In this document: one piece after another, positions 25,531-38,181 of the stretch
How positions within the stretch are numbered: position 1 is the stretch's first letter
Layout: the number at the start of each line of letters is the position of its first letter
Assembly (NCBI RefSeq): GCF_006345805.1
Contig: NC_043022.1
Span: forward strand, 10,974,001 to 11,038,000
Reading direction: 5' to 3'
Length of the DNA: 64,000 nucleotides
Source: Octopus sinensis
Lineage: Eukaryota
The notes under the pieces: model-generated
Seen by the model: the letters and a program-made list of their open reading frames with translations, nothing else
What the model was told of the DNA's origin: nothing
Databases searched by the model: none
Translations under genes and position numbers: made by a program

Positions 25531-26564
25531 AAAACATGATTACACTTGTCTATTTTCTGTTAAATGATTACAATTAAAATACTGAAATTTTTTTGGTAAT
25601 ATTGTACATAAGTATTTTATATTTTTATTGGGAGATGCATAAAAGGATAATAATTTTATGTAAATTATGTTTATAATAACAATACAAATATTTGGACCTC
25701 CACAGAAGCTGCAATTATGGTCTGGTATTGCTGCTGTAAATAGTGTTGTAAACTACTGTCTCTACAGCTCTGCCTAAAGATGGAAGGAGAACTTTTACTA
25801 AATTAAAGCTCGATTTAAACTGGCTTTTATATCAGGCTATTCACACTTCATATATTTAAATACAGTCTGTTTAGCCAAGCAAAATTAACAGTGAAGAACA
25901 AGAAGCAAAAGTAATATATTGATTCTTATGATAAGCATAAAACTCTATTGGTCTTACTACTCTGATATTCAATAACCAGAGATATATATATAAAGAAAGG
26001 ATGTACTGGATAATGCAGTCCTAGATCCCTGGGGAAGGGGAGAGGAAAAAAAAAGAAGAGAAACATTGTATTCATGATGAGAATGCCTTTGTAGTTTTGA
26101 TCAATCAGAGCTGACACAGAGCTAAATGACAACAGAATTAATTTTATTCTCATTAGAGAGAGATGAAAATCAAGGTTGAACTCAGTGGAATTTGAGCTCA
26201 GAACAGTAGAGGAAGAAAACTAAATGCTTTAAGGCTTACAATCTGGTGCCCTGCTTTTACTTCCCATTCCACACATCATTCTCACGACAAGTCTCCCCAC
26301 ACCATTACCATCACCCACCCTCTATCAACCTCCATAATCACTCCACTCCCATTATCACCAAGACATGCTCATACAATTTTCTTATTTCACTGCAATGCTT
26401 TACTTAATCAGTGGATACCATGATATCGATCAATCAAAATTGAGCTAACCCGGACACTACACATCAACAGCTACAAAAAAAAAAACATAAGATTAAAGCC
26501 ACCCACACTGATACCCCAAAACGAACAATAATGTCATAACATGAAACATATTTCTATATCTTAC

Positions 26565-26686
26565 TTTTGTTGATCTATTTTCAAAACCAATTTGCTCCTC
26601 AGGTAATGCATTAGTTTTCTTGAGAAAATCATGTTCTTTCCAAAGCCCATCAAACTCTGGCACAGCTAAATTGGTTTCATCTTCAT
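26565..26686 (-). CDS. CFAP74: CFAP74 coding exon 11
   Basis: gttgaag|...|gtaaga; phase 1-0 (an alternative in-frame AAG acceptor lies 6 nt further on); EDETNLAVPEFDGLWKEH (recalled vertebrate EEETLAEPEISGLW). Confidence 0.85.
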
Positions 26687-27039
26687 CTTCAACATGAACA
26701 GAGATAAGAGCAATATTCATTAATTTTAACGAGTAACAAAAGGAAATTTAGCAGAAGGCAGTGTATGCATGTAGATAGATATGAATGTATGTCAACGTGT
26801 GTGTATGTGTGTGTGTATATGATGATCTTGCCCTCATAGTAGATTCCATATCAGAGCTAGAAGAGAAATTCCTGGTGTAGAAGTAAAACCTGGAATTCAA
26901 GGGCCTTATGGTTAATCCAACAAAAACCAAGGTCCTAGTAAGTCAGAAAACAGACAAGACCCTACCCACTTCAGGTAGGTGGCTTTGCTTGATTTGTAGG
27001 AATTGTGTAGGCAAAAACTTCATATAGTGTACCCGGTGG

Positions 27040-27440
27040 AATAATAGGAAGGTTATCAGAGATAGTAGTATTCGTATGTTGAAGATGTACAGGATCCCTA
27101 AAACCACAGAGGCTAGGGAAATTGATTTTCTCAAATGCCCTGGTGGCTCATTAGAGGTTGTAGATAATTTCTGCTATGTAGAGGACCAAATTAGTTGTGA
27201 AGGAAGATGCAAAGAGAGTGTAATAGCTAAAATAAGAATAGGATGGAGTGAATTCAGAGAGCTTTCATCTCTGTTGGTTATGAAAGGTTTCTCTCTTTGA
27301 ATGAAAGGAAGCTTGTACGATGCATGTACATGAACAGCAATTCTACATGGTAGTGAGATGTGGGCCTTGAATGAAGAGGACATGCAAAGGTTAGAGAGGA
27401 ATGAAGCTAGTATGCTTTGCTGGATGTGTAATGTAAGGGA
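27040..27440 (+). mobile_element. RTE LINE RT C-terminal fragment
   Basis: EVVDNFCYVEDQIS...AKIRIGWSEFRELSSLL; homologous to 60360-60660. Confidence 0.75.
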
Positions 27441-27442
27441 GA

Positions 27443-27925
27443 TACAATTCACAGCTATAAGTATGAGCTGGTATCAAAAAGTTCCCCGACTAATTCTGTA
27501 GCATGCCAACTTGTGGCAGATTTTCCACATTGCTCGTTGTCTTCCAGGAACATTCTTCCACTTTTGAAGCCCTTATGCTACTTGAAACATTGCATATGAC
27601 CCATTGCTTTGTCACCGTAAGCTTACCAAAGCATTCTCAATGTCTCTGTAGCAGACTTCCCAAGTTTAACACAAAAAGTTTTATGTTGGCTCTGTGTTCT
27701 TGTCCATGACAAAAATCATAGACTACAACATACAAATGTGATCACAAAAACACAAATTTCACAACTTACAAAGTAAACACAGCAATGTCTCTTGGCACAC
27801 TGCCTCATGAAGGTCACTGCTAGCTCTCACTGTGCATGCAAGTGTGTGCTGCAATCTGTTGGCATGCTACAGAATTAGTCTGGGAACTTTTTGATACCAG
27901 CTCATACTTACAGCTGTGAATTGTA
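27443..27925 (-). mobile_element. Non-autonomous mariner derivative with inverted ends
   Basis: ~72 bp inverted arms; interior reads HRANIK..CVKLGKSATETLRML..AYGDKAM..QCF (mariner HTH region). Confidence 0.7.
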
Positions 27926-28085
27926 TATCTCTATGGTAGGTATTTACAGATAAAAGAATATATCAGAGATAGTTAAGGAGTAATTTTTCTCAATAAAAGA
28001 GTGGATAACAACAACGGCAGACAGGTTATCAATGGGGGGCTACTTAGTAACAGAGAAGGCAGTTTAATAAGAGAAGATTACTTAC

Positions 28086-28200
28086 AGATTGAAGATGTTT
28101 TAATGTCTATCTTTGGAAGATGTGGAGATGGTTTTTCCACATCATTGATGGCATCTAGAAAATTGACTTTCTGTAACAGTGGAATAACATTTTTCCTTTG
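28086..28200 (-). CDS. CFAP74: CFAP74 coding exon 10
   Basis: ttattttctag|...|gtaagt; 115 nt, phase 0-1; QRKNVIPLLQKVNFLDAINDVEKPSPHLPKIDIKTSSI. Confidence 0.8.
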
Positions 28201-29683
28201 CTAGAAAATAAACAAAAGAGGATCATCAATATATACTCAAGTATTTGCCTAAATTATAACCTATCTTAACAGCCAGATATCCCTTACATTTTAACCTACT
28301 AACTTCAAAGGGGACGGACATGTTAGATAAGGTAGTCTTAAACATGTAATGTTTCTAGCGAAGGTCAGAATAGTCATGGATGGAATGTTTTTTATTATAG
28401 GTCTGTTCAATGAGGGTTGGTCTTGGACTCAAGAGAACAACATTCATTATAGAGCCAAAGAGGGAATTTTATCTGATTGCTTGATATATGAGATATAGCA
28501 GGCAAATATCTTCCAAACTACACCATACTTTCTTGAAAAGGAAGGACACATTGATAGATAATGTGGTTTTAGATACATTATGTTTGAAATCAAGATGGGA
28601 TGGTTACTGTTGAAACACCTTTGATTGTAAATATGTTTAACCAGCGTTGATCTGTGGTTAAGCAATAACTACAAATAAGGCTGGAGGGACACGAATGGAA
28701 TGCATTTGTCATAGGTCTATTCAATCAGGGTTGATGTAGGGCTAATCCACAACAAGAGTTGTGAAGAAAGATTATGGGAAAGCCTCTATGTAGTTATTGA
28801 TTTGTGAGAAATGCAGCCAAATCTCCCTCAAATCATGTTCTGTTGACTCAAAAGGAAGACATCATCATCATTTAATGTTCGCTTTCCATGCTGATGGTTT
28901 GATGGTTTGACTGAGAACTGGTACACTGGGAGGCTGCACCAGGCTCCAATCTGTTTGGCATGGTTTCTACAGCTGGATGCCCTTCTTAACACCAACCACT
29001 CTGAGTGCAGTGGGTGCTTTTTACATGCCAGCCTGGTGGCACTGGCATTGGCCACACTTGAATGGTACTTTTTATGTGCCATTGGCACAGGTGCTAGTCA
29101 GGAGGCACTGGGATTGGTCATGGTCGAATGGTGTTTTTTACATGCCACTGGCACATGTTAGATATTATCTGGGAGGCATTGAATCTGAAAAAGGAATTGG
29201 TCATGGTTAGCATGCCTTTGATAAATTTGATCAAGGCTGACCTGGAGTTAAATAAACAACAAAATTTTTACAGTAATAAACTAGAGACTGGAGAACATGC
29301 AACATATCAGGACAGTGGCACAGTCACATTTTTCCTTACAATTTAATGTTCCAGTAAGGCCTAGGAAAAGATGGCTAAAACAGTTAAAAAACAATCAAAC
29401 AAAAGTACATAGTGATATGTATTTAGTTTTGAAGGCTCTCATGGCAGCATGTCAGTGAATGTTGGAATGTATAGCATGGTTCTAAGTTTGGCACAGGCAT
29501 AGTATAACTGGAATAATAAACATGTAGTTTGTATGTAATTGTCCAGCTGATTAGCTATGTACCACATGGCTGTCAGATCACAACTGATCTGGGATTATAC
29601 AACAACAACAACAACAAATAACCATGCATTAATAGATTCCTAGTGAATAAAAAAAAAATGGACAAATTTATTTTTTTATTTAC

Positions 29684-29807
29684 CTTCATATAGAGACAAG
29701 TAGTTGGTGGTTTAGGTTTCTGCATTGATTTCTTTCTTAGCTTTTCTTCTATTAAAATCTTTTCAATGATTTTGCAAGAATTTTCCTGTTGCCTCCTCTT
29801 CAGTTCT
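29684..29807 (-). CDS. CFAP74: CFAP74 coding exon 9
   Basis: caacag|...|gtaaat; 124 nt, phase 2-0; ELKRRQQENSCKIIEKILIEEKLRKKSMQKPKPPTTCLYMK. Confidence 0.85.
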
Positions 29808-30562
29808 CTGTTGGCCATAAAACATAACTGCGTTAATGGTATTGAATGTGCTGCAAAGCATCATGTCACTGAACCTTCTTCAATAAAGTGTATCACACAG
29901 ATATTACTAAATACCTCTGTCTCCATATAGTGCATTACTCAGTCACCACCGTGACACAACAGAGGCTTTTTCTAGGTTACTCAACTTATTCAAAATAGCA
30001 GCCAAATCTCCCTCAAATCTCACCATACCATATTAAGAAAAGGAGAAACACATTGAATATTGTAGCCTTGGATACACCATTATCTGAATAAAATGGTGAG
30101 TGTCATGGTTAGAATGTCTTTGATCATAGGTCTTCTTAATCAGAATTGACATTTGATCATAGGTCTTAATCAGAGTTGACATTTGGTAAAATAACAGTAG
30201 CAGATGTATGTATAATGTTTCAGGGAATGTTTTTTTGTATGTTTTTTCATGTAGTGTATCTGATAACAAAGTTGTCTAGAAGAGGCCATTTTTACTTTTT
30301 TAAGTGAAAATAATATACAACAGCAGCTTGAAGAATCCTTCTTTTCTGCCTGTAGCACATCTAATGCAAAATAGTCAAGAAGAGTTTATCTCTCCTTTAT
30401 GTAATGAATTTAATACAGATTGGAAAAGTCTATCTTTTTAATGGTTGAGATGACCCCTTTTCAAAGCCTCTGAAACTAGTGGGAGGATGAGAGGAAGTTA
30501 TCCTCAGGCCAGAGATCCAGTCTGAATGCTTGCAATATAGTTTGGACTTAATCCATTATACC

Positions 30563-30793
30563 TATTTCTTTCTTACCCACAAGGGACTAAACACAGAGGG
30601 GACAAACAAGAACAGACATAGGTATTATGTCGATTACATCAACCTCAGTGCGTAACTTGTACTTAATTTATCAACCCCAAAAGGATGAAAGGCAAAATCG
30701 ACCTCAGTGGAATTTGAACTCACAACGTAACGGCAGACGAAATACCGCTAAGCATTTCGCCCGGCGTGCTAATGTTTCTGCCAACTCGCCGCC
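30563..30793 (-). mobile_element. tRNA-derived SINE family A with 15-bp TSD
   Basis: TSD ttaatccattatacc at 30548-30562 and 30794-30808. Confidence 0.85.
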
Positions 30794-31266
30794 TTAATCC
30801 ATTATACCAAGCAACTCTATGAAGGATTAAATCTACTAGCTGGATGAGCAACAGCCCTTCTAACAGATTTCTACATAGTTTCTACTACAATTTCCCTCAC
30901 AAAGCTTTGGCCAACACAAGGCTACCCCAGATGACACTTATCCATGATGCCAATCAGTGTATCCAGCCTGGAATCATTTGGTTCATAACTATGTGGTTCC
31001 AGGTAAGGAAACTTTTTAACCATACAACTAAGCAGTTCTTTCTATATGGAAGTAAATACAAAAATAAAAAGGGAATTCAGCTCACATATGAACTTTTCTC
31101 AGTCCAATTCTGAATTCATACACCAACAGTGATATTGGCCTTCATGTCCAGACTGTCTTTGAAGTATCATGTTTTTCAAACTTCAATAACTAAATAATTC
31201 CAAATATGATTAAACCAGAAGCAACAGGTTCTATTTTTGTAATTTGTTAATTCACGATCACCCTAA

Positions 31267-31301
<35 letters not shown>

Positions 31302-31566
31302 ACACACACACACACACAACAAACAAACAAAAAGGCTTTTGCACAGTTTTGTCTTCTATATTTTACTCACACAGTATTGGTCAATTTGAGGCTATGGTAG
31401 AAGATACTTGTTGTCCAATGTTCCATGCAGTAGAATCACATCTGATGACATGTGGTTGTAATTAGTAGTTCCTAAACCACCCAGCCCCATGGATATACTC
31501 ATGTCTTCATTAGAGCAACAAAAACAAAAAAAAAAAACAATTACTAAAACAACTACTATTAATCAC

Positions 31567-31709
31567 CTTTCTTGTTTTTCTGCCATTTCTTTTTTCCCCT
31601 TTATAATTTCTGTAATCTTTGAACAAATTCTTTCTGAATCAGTCTGTTGTTCTTCATAGGTGTCTCTCTCTGAAGCTGCTTGCTGCTTCTTGGAGTGTCG
31701 AAGTGTTTT
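31567..31709 (-). CDS. CFAP74: CFAP74 coding exon 8
   Basis: tattttag|...|gtgatt; 143 nt, phase 0-2; KTLRHSKKQQAASERDTYEEQQ...KKEMAEKQE. Confidence 0.85.
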
Positions 31710-33006
31710 CTAAAATACAATCAAAACCAGGAGATGGAAATAAATATATTCATAGAATAACAACTTCTTACATTTAGACAAGAACATGGTCACCAGTTAG
31801 TAAAAGTAGGGAATTACATACCCAACTGGAATGTTCCTGACCTCTCCTCCTCAATACATAACTGTTACTTAACATTATTGAACCCTGGGGTCGGAGGGGT
31901 CAAGTCATGTGGGATTTAAACTCAGAACACGAAGAAACAAAAATACTGAGGAGGTTTAATGTGACCAAAACATGCTCAGAATTATCTTTCAATATTTGTG
32001 ATTTAAATAATATTAGCCATTGATCTAATGTTTTCTCATCACATAATTATCTCTAATAGGATTTTTCATGTCCTCTAGATTAGATATGTGAAGACTAACT
32101 TAGCTATAGTTTTTGTTGTTGATGGCAACAGTGATCCATCCTTTAAGTATACTTATTTTTAACACCTGTACATCTACAGTACTGTAAATCCAATTTGGTA
32201 AGTACAATGAGCTCTTATGTTTGACTGAAGAGTTGTTTCTTTCCTGAAATTATCAAAGTAATATTAGTCTTTGAGTTAAGGTTGTTATTTATTCACTACA
32301 CAATTATTTCCAATTAGATTTTTTATGCTCATTATAGTAATGCAGGTAAGATTGGCAGAAAATTGGAAGACTAAAAAGGACATCAGATTGTTTACCTTAT
32401 AATATGGGTACTCTACCTGACCCTGGAAAGGTGGAAAGCAAAGATGACCTCAGCAGGGTTTAAGATCAGCTTTGCATTTCATCTTTCTGAGGTCAATAAA
32501 AGTATTAGTAAAGTACTGGATTAGACTTAATTGACTAACCCCACCTCTCAAATTTCCCTTCTTATACAGGTGCATGAGAGCACACAATCCAGAGTGGTAG
32601 TTGTGGTAGAATCAAGTGACTGAAAGCAGGTATTAGCAGTGTAGTAATGCAAAACATCAATGTAGTAGCAGAGTAATAACACAGCAATGCAGTAGAGTAG
32701 TAGTGTGGTAACTTGACTGTGTGGTGGAGTAGTAGTTTGGTGTTGTAATACAGTATCTGCACAGTAAAATGAAAATAAAGTGTGGCAGGTAATTGAGTGA
32801 AAACTCTGACACTGCACAACAGTAGAAACAGTAACATCTTCATATATCATAATATAATAGTGTGAGGTAATCTGACACTGTGGTGTTGTAGTGATATGAA
32901 AAACCTGACACCACTGTGAAGTAGCAACATGCCAATTTGACATTTCAGTGTACTAGCAGTGTGATAAAATGATATTTTTGAGGCAACAAGGTGCTACAGT
33001 ATAGTA

Positions 33007-33895
33007 CAGGGTATCCCAAAAGTCACTGATGGGTTTTAATTTTTAATAACTTCATAAACTTAACAAAATAAATGCATGAAATTTTGATAGAATATAAAGG
33101 GCATAATGAAAATTAATATGCACAAGTCAAATTTTGCAACACCACTACATCACATAGGAAAAATGACATTGCTTAAAGGGCAGCCATTTTCAGCTCTGCA
33201 CACCTGAGCTTTTTCCAAAACTTGCAACATAACACCCTCAAGAGTTTCAGACTCCACTTCTCTTATTTTTCTATTGATGTTCTCCTTCAGTTGCATCAGG
33301 GTCTCTAGTTTGTTGATGAAAACTCTCTCTTTCAGGTATCCCCTCAAGAAAAAATCCAGGCTTGTCAAGTCTGGGGAACATGAAAGCTAGTTGACACTGA
33401 CATAGATTATTCTCTCTCCAAAGCACTGCTGTAGCAACTGCATTGTTTCTCTTGCATCTTGCAGTATGAGAAGTTGCACCATCTTGCTGGAACAATGTGT
33501 GAGGTCTACTTTGAATGGCCTTCACGTTCCCCAGACTTGACTAGCCCAGAGTTTTTCTTGTGGGGATACCTGAAAGAGGGTTTACATCAACAAACTGGAG
33601 ACTATGGTGCAACTGAAGGAGAACATCAATAGAGAAATCAGTGAAGTAGGGTCTAAAACAATTGAGGGTGTTATGGTGCAAGTTTTGGAAAGAGCATGGG
33701 CATGCAAAGCCGAAAATGGCTGCCCTTTAAGCAATGTCATTTTTCATATGTAATGCAGTAATGTTGCAAAATTTGACTTATGCATATGAATTTCTATTAT
33801 GTCCTTTATATTGTATCAAAATTTCATGCATTTATTTGTAAAGTTAAGCAAGTTATTAAAAGTTGAAGCCCATCAGTGACTTTTGGGACACCCTG
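33007..33895. mobile_element. Foldback Tc1/mariner derivative made of two inverted transposase 3' ends
   Basis: TA|cagggt(a/g)tcccaaaagtcactgatggg TIRs; arms ~375 bp; FQQDGATSHTAR in the spacer, SPDLTSLDFFLRGYLKERVF in the arms. Confidence 0.85.
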
Positions 33896-34109
33896 TAATA
33901 ATGTAGTATGCTGTCACTACAGTGTAACAACTGTGTAGCAGAATGATTCTATACAGTAAAAGTGTTACAGAATGACACTACACTGTGATATTACTGTGAT
34001 ATTACAGTGTAGTAACAGTGTTGGGGACATGGCACTGCCATGTAGCAGCAGTGTGGTAACTTGACTCTGTGGAGTAGCAATGGTTACCATTCCAGTGAGG
34101 TATACTTAC

Positions 34110-34209
34110 ACTAGCATCAATAGATTCTTTCAACTTCAGAACAGTCTCCATTCTTTGCTTCATATAAGCTTTATATTCTTCGTTGTTTTTCTCATCACTT
34201 TCTTGAATC
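34110..34209 (-). CDS. CFAP74: CFAP74 coding exon 7
   Basis: ttttcag|...|gtaagt; 100 nt, phase 2-0; IQESDEKNNEEYKAYMKQRMETVLKLKESIDAS (recalled vertebrate YMRRRMDAVVALKGSISAN). Confidence 0.9.
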
Positions 34210-36074
34210 CTGAAAATTTAATTTCTTCTTCATTATCATTCATTTAATCCTTAAATTCCTACAATAAACACATACATATTCTCAAAGCAGTAGGGAGTCT
34301 CTGAATGGTTGCTAGAAATGAAAGGGATGTCTCCTCATACTACATCATGCTATCATAAGAAAGGACACACAGGACAATGTAGTTCAGTGTATACTATTCT
34401 AGAAAAGAAAAAAAAAAGGGTGAATGACTATAGCCTGAATGTCTTTGTTTATAGGTTTCTTTGATCAGGACTGATCTGGAACTAATTAACAACAATAGTA
34501 TATGCTTATATTTAATTCTTAAGCATATTTCTTATTGATATTGTTATTGTGGAAGTAGTGTTTGAGAGACATTAAACAAAATAGCTCAGGTTATTTAGTT
34601 GCGTCCTGGGACTGACTTTGTCTTTTATGTATTTTGGTCAAACCAATACAGAAAATACCAGCAATATAAAAACAATTCAATTAACTACACACAAAAGGAC
34701 CTGATTGGTTGGTGATATGCCGTGCAGTAAATATGACTACCCACAGCAAAACATACATTGATGACATGTGGACATATGAATATTGTTTAGAGGCTGTGAG
34801 ATTTTACACCTTGTCAAGCTTTCATTTGCTGCTCCCCACCACCTTGCATTCTGAACACCCACCTCTCATCTACCCATGGCTCATCTTGTCCTCCACCTCT
34901 TTCACTCATATAATTCTGTCCTTCATCTTGCTACACACATCATTCTTATCACTCTCCCATATCTGGGCCATGTATAAAAGACTGCATAGAACTCTCTGCA
35001 CCCAACATGCTGTAACCTCATCATTTCTGTACTGCCAGTTATGACCCTCTTTCCTTGGAGCCACTTCCATTGCAACTTGTCACCTACTCTTGCCAATCCT
35101 TTGCCCTATACTCTGCCATTGACTCCACTCCAAAAATACAGCCTTTTCCATTATACTCTTGCTCTCTTCACCCACCCATTATGGTCTTTATGTTGTCATC
35201 ATTCCCACTTCTACTTTCCTCTTTATGATATTTGTTAACGAAGTCAGGTCAGGGATCTCACCAGAATGGTGAGTACCATGTAGATCAGAACTACTTGTTC
35301 CACAGTCGAGTGGTCAGTGACTAAACAGGCTATCCCACTTGAGTAGTTTGTGACTCTTGTGAAGAAGGTGTCTGGACATCCAGTAGGACTAAAAACAAGA
35401 CCTGTTGAAGGACAGATGAGATCCTTGTGGCTAAATAGCCATCCAGTTAGGGAATTGCAAACCACTCCAATATCTTTGTCAAGAAAACACTATGAGAAAG
35501 TTAGAATGAAGTAATGTTGTGGTTTCATCTGATGGGAAAACTCACATTTAATCAAGACGACTTTTGTTGTAGTATAATCAATGAGCTGCAAAGCATATGG
35601 TACATGACAATGACAATATTTGTAGTAAATGCATTGCATAAACACCCCTTCGACACTTTTGCCGCATAAATGCCATATACCAATGATTGGCCCTTTGGAA
35701 ACCAGTAACTAACAACATTATTTTTTTACAAAAATGCAAAGTAAATAAAGTTGATCATTGGCTTGTAACAAACCTGTTCAACAATGTATTATGTTTCTAT
35801 CAAGGGACTTGCTTTTGGGCATCATAAAAGAACTCCCTCCTTGCTACGCTTTAAATGTATTCAAAGAGCTTATTAAAGATTGTTGCTTTGTTCTGGTATG
35901 ATGAAATTAAGTGGATAAAGAAAAAAGTTTTCCGACAGGAGAGGAAGTCAGTCTAAAAGAACCTCACTGTCCATCCAATTCCAGTGGTCTGGCACCCATC
36001 CCTAACAGTTATGTGTATGGAGGCATGTAAGATTAAGCTGCCTGCAAAGGCAGAAACAATGAATGGTGTGTGTG

Positions 36075-36112
<38 letters not shown>

Positions 36113-36276
36113 CTTGAACAAGGAAAAGAGAATATGGTGGAGGGATGGGATATATTTGATAACTGAAATTGTATAATTAATCTTTACTATAAGAAAGCTA
36201 ACACTTTTGATGAGGAATAAATTTATCAATATAAAGATTACAGGAGATTTACATTTAGAACATTGCAATAACTTAC

Positions 36277-36387
36277 CTTGATAAAGTTTCCTTCAAAAAT
36301 TTGTTTGCCTTTTTGTATGCCTCCTTTGAATGTCCTATAGTTTCTTTGATTTTCATTTGCTCTTGCTTTATTTCTTCTATGTCATCA
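36277..36387 (-). CDS. CFAP74: CFAP74 coding exon 6
   Basis: ctctcgttctcag|...|gtaagt; 111 nt, phase 2-2; DDIEEIKQEQMKIKETIGHSKEAYKKANKFLKETLS. Confidence 0.88.
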
Positions 36388-36647
36388 CTGAGAACGAGAG
36401 GAAGGAAGTCTTAAAAGGTGTCGTGTATGAACAGCATAAAACAAAACTATAAAAATCAAAATTTATTTTTCTTAAATTATATATATCTTGATTTTGTGGT
36501 ATAAATGGGAGAAATAGAAAACAACGCAGAAGTAGAGGACATGTACTTTGTTTTTTATAGGAAGTGAAACTACATAAATGAATTAAAGGGCTGACACTTT
36601 ATACAAGCATATCAAGCTGGAATTAAAATTCCTCATATATATATATA

Positions 36648-37540
36648 TAGGGTGTCATGGATAAAGTGTCACTATTTTATATTTTTAATTTTGTGCATGT
36701 ACATTATTTGTTTTCGAATTTGTCAACTATACAGTATAGTTGAGACATTGGGCACTGTCTGTGAGAAAAACAGCACTATGAGACAATTCCCTCTGCCAGA
36801 AATTGGAAACGAGATGCTGTATTGCTTGACATTCATGCTTGACATTCATGCTGGAAGCTCCAATATGAACACTTCAGAGTCTTTGGGTGTCAATCTGAGG
36901 ACAGTTCAATCTGAGGATGTGTACCAAGAGTGATAAAAATCAAACATCCAATTAACATCAAGGTGTTTAGAGTCATCACTAGTGATGGTGGTGTTATGCT
37001 TCCATTCATCTTCCCACACAACCTCAGATTCAACATGGAGGCCTACATAAAGTGTCTGGAGAAGGTAGTGCTGCCCTGGATAAAGAGGGTGGCTACTGGG
37101 AGACCCTATGTCTGGCAACAGGATCCATGCCACACCATGCCACACAAGCAGTTATGGCTGTCAGACAATTTCTACAACCACATCACCCCTAACATCTGGT
37201 CACCTAACTCCCCAGACTGCAAACCCCTTGATTATTATGTGTGGGGTGCAGTGAGCGAGAGACCAACAAAACTCCTTGTAACACCAAAGATGAACCGAAG
37301 GCAAGGATTATGGCAGCATTCACCAACTTAAACAAGGAGACCATCCAGAAGAGTTGCAGGAGATTCTGAAATCGTCTGGAGGGTGTAGTTGAAGCCAATG
37401 GCAATTTTATTAAATAAATTTACTCTTTAGTATTTCAAGATATTTTTATGTAATTTTGGTAAATATGTCTGTTAAAATGAGATGTCAGTGTTATTTTCAT
37501 TTTTGCGTAATTTAGACAACAGTTTATTCAATGCACCCTG
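36648..37540 (+). mobile_element. Tc1/mariner (maT/DD37D-like) relic, internally deleted
   Basis: KHPINIKVF...GRPYVWQQD...WSPNSPDCKPLDYYVWG; agggtg/caccct ends. Confidence 0.8.
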
Positions 37541-37944
37541 AATATATTCTTTCATTCTTTTACTTGTTTCAGTCATTTGAATGGGACCATTCCGGAGCAT
37601 TGCCTTTTAGTTGAAGAAACTGATCCCTGGACTTAGACTTTGTAAGCCTGTCACTTATTCTATCAGTCTTCTCTGCACACCACAGAGTGATGTGTTTGCG
37701 TATGTGTCTGTATGGGGGGGGGGGGAACAAACACAGATACAAAGACACACACATACATATATACGTAACAAAGTTCTTTCAGTTTCCATCTACCAAATCC
37801 ACTCACAAGGCTTTGGTCGGCCCAAGGCTATAGTAGACGACAATTGTCCAAGGTGTCATGCAGTGGGACTGAAGCTTCTTATCACTCAGCCATTCCTGTG
37901 CCCTATATATATATATACATGCCCTATATATATATATATATATC

Positions 37945-38146
37945 TATTTCTTTACTACCCACAAGGGGCTAAACATAGAGGGAAGAACAAGGGCAGACAA
38001 ACAGTGCGTAACTGGTACTTAATTTATCGACCCCGAAAGGATGAAAGGCAAAGTCGACCTCGGCGGAATTTGAACTCAGAACGTAGCGGCAGACGAAATA
38101 CGGCTACGCATTTCGCCCGGTTTGCTAACGTTTCTGCCAGCTCGCC

Positions 38147-38149
<3 letters not shown>
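37945..38149 (-). mobile_element. tRNA-derived SINE family A, young CpG-rich copy
   Basis: ggcggcgagctggcagaaacgttag...gagttcaaattccgccgaggtcgactttgcctttcatcctttcggggtcgataaa. Confidence 0.85.

Positions 38150-38177
<28 letters not shown>

Positions 38178-38181
<4 letters not shown>

Noticed and set aside
32540-34100. ORFs rich in T, H, Y and C around the foldback element
   Set aside because: Degenerate cagtgt(a/g)gtaa-type low-complexity repeat, not coding
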